Source: Ostrea edulis (Eukaryota). From it: DNA of 64,000 nucleotides. Both the position numbers and the translations under genes were made by a program. The DNA lies in assembly GCF_947568905.1 (NCBI RefSeq), contig NC_079173.1, positions 20,584,001 to 20,648,000 on the forward strand, in the 5' to 3' direction. Of this stretch, positions 49,058-60,460 are shown piece by piece (the stretch's first letter is position 1; each line of letters begins with the position of its first letter). The notes under the pieces were generated by a model. That model was given only the letters and a program-made list of their open reading frames with translations. It was not told the DNA's origin and did not search any database.

Positions 49058-51316
49058 TTACTTTTTCTTCTTATTTTTTGCAATGTTTTCTTTCGCTAGT
49101 TTGTATTTGGGATCAAGATCTAAAGCGCATTTAAATGCCCCCAGCGCTTTTTCTTTCTCTTTGGTCTTCAGAAGGCTATAACCGAGGAGGGAATACGCCC
49201 TCGGATCTTTGACTCGATCACATGTCTGCTCCATGTCTTGCACGGTGGTGGTCAAATTCCCTTCTTTTTTGGTTTGGATAAAACATTCGATTAACAAATA
49301 ATATGCGTATATGATGGACAAGAGTTCTAAACTTCCGGTCATGCTAATTTCCTTCTGTATCTTTTCGTCCATTGTCATGGATTCCATCTTTCCGTAGTAA
49401 TTCACGCTAGTAGGATTTTCTTTTTCCGATTCAACAGCCTGTCTTAAAATTTTAACGGCATCAGTATATTTCTCACAAGCACATAGGAAGTGACCATATT
49501 CGACGAATAAGCCTGCGCCGTGACCTTCACCTTCCCTTTCCATTGCCTCCTGAAACATCGTGTCGGCTTTTTGTAACAAATCACGTTTGTTGGCCTTAAA
49601 TACACACGATGCTGCGTGATATAAGCAAGCCAGGTGTTCATAGAGCCCCGCCCCTTTCTTGCCGTCCACATATCTGGTGATCAGAAATCGACAAAACGTG
49701 ATGGGTTTCCAGATTTCTTCAACCTGCAGAACATTACTGAACTCTATGTTTTTTTCGTTCAAAAGGTGGGGGACATACTCTCTCTGTCGATCAGCCTCGG
49801 CCTTACCGTAAATTGGGACCACGAAATTGTCTATGACATCTTCAAAAATGGCAGCACAATGATCAAACCCATATTCGTTATAAAATCCATTGCACAATCC
49901 GTTGCAGACCACCATGAAACTCTCTACTGACTTCTGTGCTTGATTGGGAGATTTATATCCTTTCGCGTCGGCCAGAACTTGAGCAAATATCTTTTTCACG
50001 TCAGTATTGTAAGGAAAGATGTCCAATATTGTGTAGTTTTCCGACAGAGAAAATAGTTCTTCCAAGGGTCTTCGACGGATTGTGGTAAATCTTCTCTCTA
50101 ACTGGGAGGACTGAACATCAGATAAATGATCTAAAAGGTTGTTTTTCTTTATAAAATAGTCGGGGAGAAATTTTTGCTTCACTGCATCAATAAGTTGATC
50201 CATGAGGTAGAGAATACAATAAGCGGGGTTCTTATGCCAGAGAGTAGGACTCAGATTCTCGCATGCGTAAAAGAATGTAGAGCGTATGTGTTGCTGTGTT
50301 ATTATTCCCTCCGATATCACATGAACACAGAGCATATCAAACAACAGAAAACATTGTCTCTGGGAGTCGGCAAGTTCTTCAATTACCAATGTCTTCTCAG
50401 CAAGAGCAAAGGATACCCTCCACTCAATGTCGGACTGGGAACTTTTGCAGTGAGACGTGGGCACAATATGGCAGCCCGACTGCACTACTTTCTCAATGGT
50501 ACTCTCGGAAGGCCAGTTTTGCAGACGTTTTCTCGATCTCCATTCATCTGCTTGTGACGGCCATCCAGGATAAGGAAGTGCGAGTTCATGCGAGACTTCT
50601 GATGGTTCCACTTCCGATATAAGACCTGTCTGTTCCGGTGATTGCTGAGATTCGTTTTGTTTATACCTTTCTTGCCTCGCACTCATTAATACCCCACGCA
50701 GTCCTAAAGAGGTAAACGGACGTCTGAGGTCAAGGGAATTCTCAGGTATTCCAGTAAATAAATCTGAAAATTTCATGTCGAGGCCATTCCCGGTACCATT
50801 ATTTAAAAGTGTATCCATCATGGAATCTATTGCCTTTTTATTTGAAGAAAGTTTTGTCTGGAATTTCTTCCTTGATAAGCTGCTGCCTAAGTATATGACC
50901 CCTTTCTTTGTCACGGACAAATCTGCCTCGTTTTCATTGCTTCCATTTTGAAGAACTTTTAATCGGCAATATCCAGCATGGACGTTTTCATTACAAATAA
51001 TGTAATGGCAGGTGTCTGCATCAGTGACAGAAGGAAGTGATATCTGGACTTCCTTGACGTGAAGGAAAACTACAGTCGGTTCTTTGACCAAATGTTTCTT
51101 TGCGAATGTTCCGTCCGGTTTCAGCACAACGAAAGATGGAAGTCGAAGACCCTCGCTAAAGCTACCCACGACTGTTGGAGTCTTGGTCGGATTCATAGTT
51201 TCGACGTAGCGGCGTGGAATAAAGCAGTGGGCAAAGAAAGAAAGATGCAGGTATGGGAGATTACTGGGTACGTCATTTCCGGTGAGGAAATCCTCCAGCA
51301 CATGACTTTCCGCCAT
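49058..51316 (-). CDS. Mab-21/cGAS-like receptor (cGLR)-fold protein with C-terminal TPRs (752 aa)
   Basis: GSFSEG; WPSQADEWRSRKRLQNWP..IEKVVQSGCHIVP..EWRVSFALAEKTL..QRQCF; TPR-like DAVKILRQAV and AYSLLGYSLLKTKEKEKALGAFKCALDLDPKY. Acceptor cttgcag at 51330, first exonic ATG at 51316. Confidence 0.9.
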   Translation of the reverse strand: MAESHVLEDFLTGNDVPSNLPYLHLSFFAHCFIPRRYVETMNPTKTPTVVGSFSEGLRLPSFVVLKPDGTFAKKHLVKEPTVVFLHVKEVQISLPSVTDADTCHYIICNENVHAGYCRLKVLQNGSNENEADLSVTKKGVIYLGSSLSRKKFQTKLSSNKKAIDSMMDTLLNNGTGNGLDMKFSDLFTGIPENSLDLRRPFTSLGLRGVLMSARQERYKQNESQQSPEQTGLISEVEPSEVSHELALPYPGWPSQADEWRSRKRLQNWPSESTIEKVVQSGCHIVPTSHCKSSQSDIEWRVSFALAEKTLVIEELADSQRQCFLLFDMLCVHVISEGIITQQHIRSTFFYACENLSPTLWHKNPAYCILYLMDQLIDAVKQKFLPDYFIKKNNLLDHLSDVQSSQLERRFTTIRRRPLEELFSLSENYTILDIFPYNTDVKKIFAQVLADAKGYKSPNQAQKSVESFMVVCNGLCNGFYNEYGFDHCAAIFEDVIDNFVVPIYGKAEADRQREYVPHLLNEKNIEFSNVLQVEEIWKPITFCRFLITRYVDGKKGAGLYEHLACLYHAASCVFKANKRDLLQKADTMFQEAMEREGEGHGAGLFVEYGHFLCACEKYTDAVKILRQAVESEKENPTSVNYYGKMESMTMDEKIQKEISMTGSLELLSIIYAYYLLIECFIQTKKEGNLTTTVQDMEQTCDRVKDPRAYSLLGYSLLKTKEKEKALGAFKCALDLDPKYKLAKENIAKNKKKK

Positions 51317-52310
51317 TTTACGGGAATACCTGCAAGTATAATGAAACATTTTGAATCTGAGTCATCAATAACTAGTTAAGTATCTAAATGCTATAAGTAT
51401 TTATGAATTTAATGAAACAATTTGAAATACATATTGCATTTTGAATACTGTATTCATGGAACTATTCGCCCCCGTTTTATTTTCACCCTTTTCGTCTTCA
51501 TTGTCAGTGGGCAAATTAAGACTGGGCAAAACTATTTCATCTCTTGTCTCTCATTTAGCTGAGTCTTTAAAATAAAACCGTTGCATTGCAAGTATAGAAA
51601 GGCTAAAATAACACGGGGCGAAAATAACCTAAAAGCTTGTTTACAACACATATCACACGATAAATCCGAGTTCAGAATTGTACGAATCAGCTTTTACAGT
51701 TAACATAATGGAGATAAAATAAGGTAAGTTGCATCCTATATTTCAGTATTAAGATATAAGTATTCGCCAGTTTTTGTACTAATAAGATTTCAAAACCACA
51801 ATACTTACCACGACATTTCAACAATCAACAGTGAATAACAAAAAATCACAGAAAATTCAGAAACACATCAGAGCGAGCAATTTGGTCTGGTTCGATCTAT
51901 ATCTAATGTATTAACAGCTTCATTTTTGCACGGTTGATTTCATATATCATTTTGCTAAGGTTTCCCCATCTATTATGCATATTATTTCACTACATCAAAC
52001 GATAACAACATGACAGGTACATCGAGTCGGGGGTTTTAAATTGTGTAGTTTATTCCAAAAAGGTTTTTTTTTTAATTATGCCTTCATTTTCAAAACATTT
52101 TCTTTCTTCTTTTTTTTTAAATGGCATGGTTTCAACCAAGGCCATATCTATGGTAGTTTTTATTTAAGATAAAGAACAAACAAAAAGGTGCATGTATGTT
52201 GTTAATGCCATAATTTGACCTCCATCCGATAGTTGTTCCACTAGATCAATAATTAATGGTGATAATCATTGCTGTTTGTCAGTAAACAAAGTTAACACGA
52301 AAGTGGATCA

Positions 52311-52421
52311 ATTTAGGAAATTCGGACTGCATCGATTTAGGGAGTTCGGACTGCACCGATTTAGGAAATTCAGACAACATCGATTTAAGGAGTTCGGACT
52401 GCACCGATTTAGGAAGTTCGG
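52311..52421. repeat. 24-bp tandem repeat
   Basis: About 4.5 units of gatttaggaaattcggactgcatc. Confidence 0.85.
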
Positions 52422-52907
52422 AACCCGATGAACCCATGTTATATACGGTTTCCAATTCATACTTGCTTCGGATTTATATCCGATTTGTCAAGCTTCTATC
52501 ATTAGCAGTACACACAAAAACGACTTCAATTATTGAATATCCTTGAAGCATAACTTCAAAACACTTGTAAACATATTCAAGAAAGCATGCCGTCAAGCTA
52601 TACTTTACCTTATGAAAATCAGATAAGAATATTCATAAATTCATTTTGATTCCCCGTATATAACCAGTCCGCTAAATTCTGTTTCACGAGGGTGGTTGGT
52701 TACGGAATGTAAACAAAGATGGCGGCAAAGCATGATAAATAATGTACACGAGTTTCCCCAGATCGATACAACAGAAGAATTACATTTAAATGCCCAGGAT
52801 TATCTTAATGAATATCAAAATCAATCCACGAAACGGCACATTGTCGGTGTAAAAAATTTAAATGTCCAATATTAAAAGTGTGTGTCCCGCAGAGAAGAAA
52901 TAAAAGA

Positions 52908-52942
<35 letters not shown>

Positions 52943-53276
52943 TATCAACGAGGGCGTTTTAAAAATTCTGAATATTTAGGAGGTTTTTGTTGTTTTTTTA
53001 TTTCACTATGAAATGGACAGACGTAAAGCAACAAAACTTACCCAGTGAAAAAAAAAAATCGGTAATGTAAATAGAGACCCCATAACAATGTGAGTTAGTA
53101 ACAGGTATTTTCTCAAACTTTTTTCTTCATGTTTTTATAAAAAAAAAAAAAAAAAAAAAAAGAAAACCAGGCTTGCTGAGTAAATAAAAAAAAGGAATGA
53201 GAGTTTGAAAAAATCGGTTACTAACGAGCATGTGTTATGGGCCTGTTTCTCCCAGTATATGTTTTTTCATCATCAT

Positions 53277-53474
53277 NNNNNNNNNNNNNNNNNNNNNNNN
53301 NNNNNNNNNNNNNNNNNNNNNNNNNNNNNNNNNNNNNNNNNNNNNNNNNNNNNNNNNNNNNNNNNNNNNNNNNNNNNNNNNNNNNNNNNNNNNNNNNNNN
53401 NNNNNNNNNNNNNNNNNNNNNNNNNNNNNNNNNNNNNNNNNNNNNNNNNNNNNNNNNNNNNNNNNNNNNNNNNN
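53277..53474. other. Assembly gap
   Basis: 198 N. Confidence 1.
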
Positions 53475-53619
53475 TCTTTCAGCTGGTGTTAACTAAGATT
53501 TTCCTTACTTAGATCTGTCGAAATTAAATATACAAGGAAACGTTCAAAGACTGAAAATTAGAATTGGCCCAAAAAATGAAAACTTGTACCGGAGCGATGC
53601 AACCTAGTTGTTGGTGGGG

Positions 53620-54204
53620 GTAATACAAGCATTATCTGAATGCACCATTGTCCCGTGTGTAATACAAGCACTATCTGTACGTACCATTGTCCCGTGTGTA
53701 ATACAAGCAGTGTCTAAACGTACCATTGTCCCGTGTGTAATACAAGCAGTATATAAATGTACCATTGTCCCGTGTGTAATACAAGCAGTATATAAATGTA
53801 CCATTGTCCCGTGTGTAATACAAGCAGTATGTAAACGTATCATTGTCCCGTGTGTAATACAAGCAGTATGTAAATGTACCATTGTCCCGTGTGTAATACA
53901 AGCAGTATCTAAACGTACCATTGTCCCGTGTGTAATACAAGCAGTATCTGAACGTACCATTGTCACGTGTGTAATACAAGCAGTATATAAATGTACCATT
54001 GTCCCGTATGTAATACAAGCAGTATATAAATGTACCATTGTCCCGTGTGTAATACAAGCAGTATGTAAACGTATCATTGTCCCGTGTGTAATACAAGCAG
54101 TATGTAAATGTACCATTGTCCCGTGTGTAATACAAGCAGTATGTAAATGTACCATTGTCCCGTGTGTAATACAAGCAGTGTCTAAACGTACCCTTGTCCC
54201 GTGT
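53620..54204. repeat. 39-bp minisatellite
   Basis: About 15 units of gtaatacaagcagtatataaatgtaccattgtcccgtgt. Confidence 0.95.
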
Positions 54205-54914
54205 CGCAGCAGGCATTAGCGGAACCTTCACTGCTATGGCGCTGAAACCCAGTTTACAAAAGGTCTTGCGACTAAGACCATTATTCTAAGACGTGTACCA
54301 TTTTTACATACAATTTATGAAAATATTCTTGTAGTTTTATATATTCATCGACTGCTGTTCTTTGGATATACCATGCATTTTACACTTTTAAAAAAGTACA
54401 GCATTAAATGAATTGTAAAACGTACGTTTGGTCTTTACAAGTCTAAGACATTATGTAACATGGACCCCAGAGTACTAAGCATAGGTTTAAATATGTGATA
54501 CAAGATGGTACATCTACCTGTGATAGTGATTCATTATCTGTCTCAAGATTGGACGCTATCTAATTGTAATGTTTCCATTCCAGTATGTATTTTCTCTTTC
54601 TTATACGCTGCACTGTATTCATTATTTCTGCATTCACACGCTACTACTTTAAAGCATCAAAAATTGAAATAGCTATTTGTTTTAGTTAAAACATTCTAGG
54701 TATGAGCATTGTTATTTATCAAAAGCTAAAAGCTACACGTGTTCTTAATGGAATTTTATCTGATACAATAGGATATTATCTTAAAATGTGAACAATATTC
54801 TTAGGCTGCCAGAATTAACTATATAGTGAAAGACCAATGCAGGAGAAATATAAGCTTCGATATAAAAACATGAAGGTTTCTGAATGGTTTGCTTTACATA
54901 GTTTTGATAACTAA

Positions 54915-55325
54915 CAGGTGTTTACTCCTAGCCATCTGACCCCACCTCTGATATTCCCAGGCACCTGACCCCACCTCTGATATTCCCAGGCACCTGACCC
55001 CACCTCTGATATTCCCAGGCACCTGATCCCACCTCTGATATTCCTAGGCACCTGACCCCCACCTCTAATATTCCCAGGCATCTGATCCCACCTCTGATAT
55101 TCCCAGGCACCTGACCCCCACCTCTGATATATCCAGGCACCTGACCCCACCTCTGATATTCCCAGGCACCTGATCCCACTTCTTATATTCCTAGGCACCT
55201 GACCCCCACCTCTGATATTCCCAGGCACCTGACCCCACCTCTGATATATCCAGGGGTTCGTGTTTGCTCTTCTCTCAATTTCGTTTTCTTTGTGGTATTT
55301 ATGAGATGGATCACTGTTCGTTATC
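54915..55325 (+). mobile_element. Family B fragment with internal 29/30-bp tandem expansion
   Basis: About 11 units of cccacctctgatattcccaggcacctgac, followed by the B terminus ..tcactgttcgttatct. Confidence 0.8.
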
Positions 55326-55847
55326 TTAAAGTTTTCACTGTATATAGCTTTTATAGTAAATGCGGTCGAATCTGACGCATGCGTCAATAAGTTTTCTGGT
55401 AGAGCTATTGTGGCAGCACCTAGTATAGTCATGTGTAGACGGTTTTCATCTTTGAGAGTTCCCTTTCCCATAAACTGTAATCCTACACAACTCAAATCTT
55501 CATTGAGAATGTATAGATCTTTCTATCATTCATGATTTGATGTACCGGTATTTGACCTTCAATACAACTAGCTACGTTATGACAGCAGACATCATTAAAC
55601 TCCAAGGATGCATTTAGCATACATACTATCTGATGGTAATGTTTCTGTTCCAGTTCACATAAATCTCATGGATGAAAGTTCATACTGAAGGCTTTTCGCA
55701 TCAATTCGACACTTCTTCACCAATTTTAACCCACCTGGCAACTCTGTTGTTTTCTGACAATTTTTAAAAAAAATTCATTTATCATTGTCATCCTTTTATC
55801 AAGATGTTAAAATCATATAGAGATGGAAGTGATACAATACCAATCTA

Positions 55848-56085
55848 GATCCTCAGTACCCCTTGCTTGTCGTAAGAAGCGACTAAATGGGGTGGTCCAT
55901 CGGATGAGACCGCAAAATCCGAGGTCCCGTGTCACAGTAGGTGTTTCACGATAATGATCCCTCCCTGCTCAATGGCCATAAGCGCCGAGCATAGGCCTAA
56001 ATTTTGCAGCCCTTCACCGGCAGTGGTGACGTCTCCATATGAGGGAAATATTCTCGAGAGGGACGTAGAACAATATTCAATCAAT
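55848..56085 (+). mobile_element. SINE family A copy
   Basis: cctcagtaccccttgcttgtcgtaagaagcgactaaatgggg..aacaatattcaatcaat. Confidence 0.85.
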
Positions 56086-57022
56086 ACCAATCTAATAAAC
56101 ATGAAATTTCACTAGTTATTCATCTATATTCAGGTTTAAAGCACCTCGTATGAAATATGATTTTAACAGTGAAAGTGTGATAAAACCCTCCATTATATTT
56201 TACATGAATTTTTGTGATTTTTTGGGGAATGATAATTTTTTGTTGTTGCAAATAAAGAGGTTTTAAGATAAGAACTTTGCTTTGATTTCATGCATGATAT
56301 AAATAGCTAATAAAACCTGCAAAGAAGACTCATGTAAATGCTCTGATTTTTAAAAAAAAAAATTAAAATATTACACAAAAAGGCGACTGGAATTTCCTCT
56401 GACATGTTTTGGACATCTCTCTATTTCACTAAACGGCAAATGCACTACATGTATATGTAAATCACATTTTTCATGAAACGTGGTATGATGAAGAGTGTCT
56501 GAATACTTACAAGGTCATTGCTTAACATAAAGGCAAGATCATTAGGTATGATTTGAGAATTTTCATCAATAAAGGGTGTAGACATATTTCGTCCCGAAAG
56601 TCTTTTGTCTGTTCTAACCCATAATATTTACAGAATGAAATTCATGTCCCGCGAAAAAATCGGAAGAAACGAAATAAATGAAAACTCTCTTCTGTCTCTA
56701 CACCCGACCTTTTCTTTTTCCTTTTCTCTCCTTTTTCGCGTCTTTTTACTGCTACCCCTTGCTCGCTTCATCTCCTAACACAGTTTCTGTCCTCTTCCTT
56801 TTACCCCGCCCACCCGAACCTACATGTAACAGGGAGCCGTTCTTACAATTATTCGATTCAAGCTTATTCTTTTGATAAGAAGAAAAGCAAAAAATATCGC
56901 AAATTGATGATATTTATTAATATTAGAAAAAAGGAGGCAACACATTTCCGTACATGCATGTTTGCAAAATAACAAGTACATATTTAAATATCTGAATTTG
57001 TTTTGGCAATAAATGGATTTAA

Positions 57023-57522
57023 TTAACATAAACCATTATTTTGTAACATGATATTGTCAATTGCAATGTCTCCTTGGTAACCATCTCCAACAATTCCTGT
57101 GAACATGACTTCATATTTTTGCGCGGTTCGAGTTTTCTCCAGAGACACCTCGGCGAAATGCCACATGTCTCCCTGTTTACCCGACTTAGTCCATACGGAG
57201 GTAGCCGTGGATACCCAGCCAGGTTTACCTAGGACAGAAGCGGTCAAAGTACCAACGTGATTTCCATTCATGTGGTAATAAAACGATAGACAGGCACCAT
57301 TATGGCTGGGAGGCACGGTAATACTAAGATAGTAAGCTGTATGACCGCTTGACATTTTACTAGCCTCCAAGTATAGGTAATGACCTTGGCCGGATGTGAC
57401 GTCACCAGAAGGACCTGTACCGGAACTCGGAGTCGGTCCCTTTTGGATTATCCAGTCAAAATGATCTACGTTTTCTTTGTTTTGCATTGCTGTTGGTTGG
57501 GTTTCAAAATCGATCATAAACC
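57023..57522 (-). CDS. Two-MAM-domain secreted protein, exon 3 (MAM 2)
   Basis: Acceptor catttcag|GG, phase 1; DWIIQKGPTPSSGTGPSGDVTSGQGHYLYLEAS..CLSFYYHMNG..QGD.WH..GDIAIDNI..C then stop. Confidence 0.9.
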
Positions 57523-57714
57523 CTGAAATGCGAAATGCACTTGCGATTATAACTTGACATATATTTTGAAAATAAGAGGCCCATGGACCATAACGTTCAA
57601 CTGATAATCCCACAAATACTGCAAGAACCCCGTCCTATCAATTAAGTCCCTGAACCAGAAAACATGAATGATAGAGATGCCCCTCCCCATTAGTACAATA
57701 TACCAAGTTTTTAC

Positions 57715-58195
57715 TCTTATGAGGCAAAATTTATTCAAAAGCGTCTACATGAGAAGGAAAAATATCTTGCTGTGACCTTCAACTCAACAATTAGATATAT
57801 CGATGACGTTTTATTTATTAGCAATACTCATTTTCATTCATGTGTAGATTTTTTATATCCCAGTGAACTCGCAATAAAACACACCACATATCTGCTTTAT
57901 CTTTGGAGATAGATATCTACCCAAACTAACAACACGACAAGCTATTACTGGGTCGAATGCTGTCTGGTGCGTTTCATACCAATTGTTATGCCGTTCTGTA
58001 CATACTGATTTTGACTACGGATTACTCCGTTTACCTGATCAAGATATATGGCGGGTGTGACCGCTCAACAGGGGATGCTTACTCCTAGGTATCTGACCCA
58101 CCTCTGGTATGTCCAGAGGTCCGTATTTGCCCTTCTCTCGATTTTGCATTCTTCATAGAATATATGAAATTCATCATTGTTCGTTATCTTCATTT
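57715..58195 (+). mobile_element. Penelope-like RT remnant with YIDD motif plus B terminus
   Basis: EAKFIQKRLHEKEKYLAVTFNSTIRYIDDVLFISN..YPSELAIK, then B sequence in RT sense. Confidence 0.75.
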
Positions 58196-58211
58196 GCTTA
58201 TTTACAAGGAA

Positions 58212-59030
58212 AGGGTGAAGATAACGAACAGTGATCGATCTTATAACTCCTATAAAGGTAAACATAACGAACATGGATCAATCACATAACTCCTATAAAG
58301 GTGAAGATAGCGAACAGTGATCAATCTCATAACTCCTATAAAGGTGAAGATACCAAACAGTGATCAATCTGATAACTCCTATAAAAGTGAAGATAGCGAA
58401 CAGTGATTAATCTCATAACTCCTATAAAGGCGAAGATAGCGAACAGTGATTAATCTCATAACTCCTATAAAGGTGAATATACCAAACAGTGATCAATCTC
58501 ATAACTCCTATAAAGGTGAAGATTGCGAACAGCGATCAATCTCATAACTCCTATAAAGGTGAATATTACGAACAGTGATCAGTCTCATAACTCCTATAAA
58601 GGTGAAGATAACGAACAGTGATTATCTCATAATTCCTATAAAGGTGAAGATAACGAACAGTGATTAATCTCATAACTCCTATAAAGGTGAAGATAACGAA
58701 CAGTGATTAATCTTATAACTCCTATAAAGGTAAAGATAACGAACAGTGATTATCTCATAACTCCTATAAAGGTGAAGATAACGAACAGTGATCAATCTCA
58801 TAACTCCTATAAAGGTGAAGATAACGAACAGTGATCAATTTCATAACTCCTATAAAGGTGAAGATAACGAGCAGTGATTAATCTCATAACTCCTATAAAG
58901 GTGAAGATAACGAACAGTGATCAATCTCATAACTCCTATAAAGGTGAAGATAACGAACAGTGATCAATCTCATAACTCCTATAAAGGTGAATATTACGAA
59001 CAGTGATTAATCTCATAACTCCTATAAAGG
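58212..59030. repeat. 43-bp satellite made of the family B terminal segment
   Basis: About 19 units of aaggtgaagataacgaacagtgatcaatctcataactcctata. Confidence 0.95.
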
Positions 59031-59457
59031 AACAGTGATAGAAATGATTAGGAAATAAAACTCAACTGAACTTTCTATGTACTAAGTCTATAAATCATAA
59101 ACAGCAAAATACTTGATTTCAATTAACTGGTTATAGCCTGAACACAGCAATACCACTACATCTTACAGCCTTGAATTTGGTACGTGTATCATACCCTTCA
59201 TTGCAAGTCCCTACTCGTCAACTTCACTGGCAATATTTTTCACATTTGATCGCGATTTATCTATACCCATTTACAGCCTACCTTCAGTCATATTTGATCA
59301 TGAAATGTAATAATTCTAAACAGAAAAGTTTCACAACACTGCACAATACGGACAAGATAAACAGGTATCGTACACAAGGTACTTGAAGAATTGTATGTAT
59401 CGTTGTGTTTGCTGTGGATTCTTACAATCGATCGATGGTCTATAACATATTACATAC

Positions 59458-59967
59458 CTCCGTTTTCAAGAGAATCCGTGCATGGTTGGCTTACATCAAG
59501 GTTGATGTCGTCCAGCGCTATGATTCCACCACTTCCACCTCCGAGTTTGGCCTCCAAGACCAGTTGATAATATTTAGTACCGGATGCTGGGATTGTGACT
59601 CTTCCAAAATTCCACTTGTCTCCCTGATGCCCCTTTCGTCTCCACCATACCCTTTCCTCAGTTCTTCCTTCTACCACTTCAACTTTATGAATCATGACGT
59701 CACCAACATCGTTACCGGAAACACGGTACCAAAACGAGACACACGATCCTCGTTCTGGAGTTTGGAGAATTCTACTCTCCAGTATAGCAGAAGCCCCCGA
59801 ATCGTTAGATGTGTCCACATATAAGAATTTTCCTTTCCCTGTGGTGTGGTCTCCCTTCGTCCCCGTTTTCCAATCCGTCAAACCACCCTTATGTAGATTC
59901 CAGTCTATGTCGTCACGGAGGAGGACATTGAACCAGTCTTTGGAGGCAGTCTCGAAATCGGTAAAAC
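59458..59967 (-). CDS. Two-MAM-domain secreted protein, exon 2 (MAM 1)
   Basis: Acceptor gatatcag|GT, donor GGA G|GTATGT; 510 nt, phase 1-1; DIDW..GDHTTGKGKFLYVDTS..CVSFWY..GHQGDKWN..IALDDI..C. Confidence 0.9.
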
Positions 59968-60172
59968 CTGATATCAAATTGCATTTCAATAATGTCAAGT
60001 TTCAAATAATCGTAAACGATATTATTCTACTTTCATTTAAAAGACTCGAATCTGATTGGCCAAGAAACAGTTGAAAAACCAGAATGTTTCCCTCTCAGAA
60101 TATATAGAAAGCAAGCGCTCCAAAGTGATAGTATCTAGCAACGGGTAACACTACCTGACAACGGGTGATATT

Positions 60173-60460
60173 ATATAAATATTGCATGTAGTTGAGGGTA
60201 ACATTGAAAATTTTCACCCCGAGAAAACCATTGTCAACCGAGGCGTAACCATGTTGACTTCCAATGTTTACAGCAACATAGAAAAAAAAATCTGAATTAA
60301 GTCTTTCTGCTTTGTTGTTTATGTAACATTCAGTATGATAAAACAAATATTGTATGCAAATGACGCTACGATCACCGTATGTTGCTACGCCTCGGTTGAC
60401 AATGGTTTTCTCGGGGTGAAAAATTTCAATATTACCCTCAACTACATGCAATATTTATAT
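60173..60460. repeat. 75-bp inverted repeat (MITE-like) in MAM gene intron 1
   Basis: Arms 60173-60247 and 60386-60460 are reverse complements with 2 mismatches. Confidence 0.85.

Noticed and set aside
49058-51316. Bacterial CBASS/CD-NTase or horizontal-transfer origin
   Set aside because: It has a spliceosomal acceptor before the ATG, metazoan Mab-21 motifs and an animal repeat context.
53604-54231. ORFs of 183-203 aa with Cys/His periodicity
   Set aside because: Translations of the 39-bp tandem repeat; open in multiple frames.
58212-59030. CRISPR-like array
   Set aside because: Units are contiguous with no unique spacers, the context is eukaryotic, there are no cas genes, and the unit matches a retroelement terminus.
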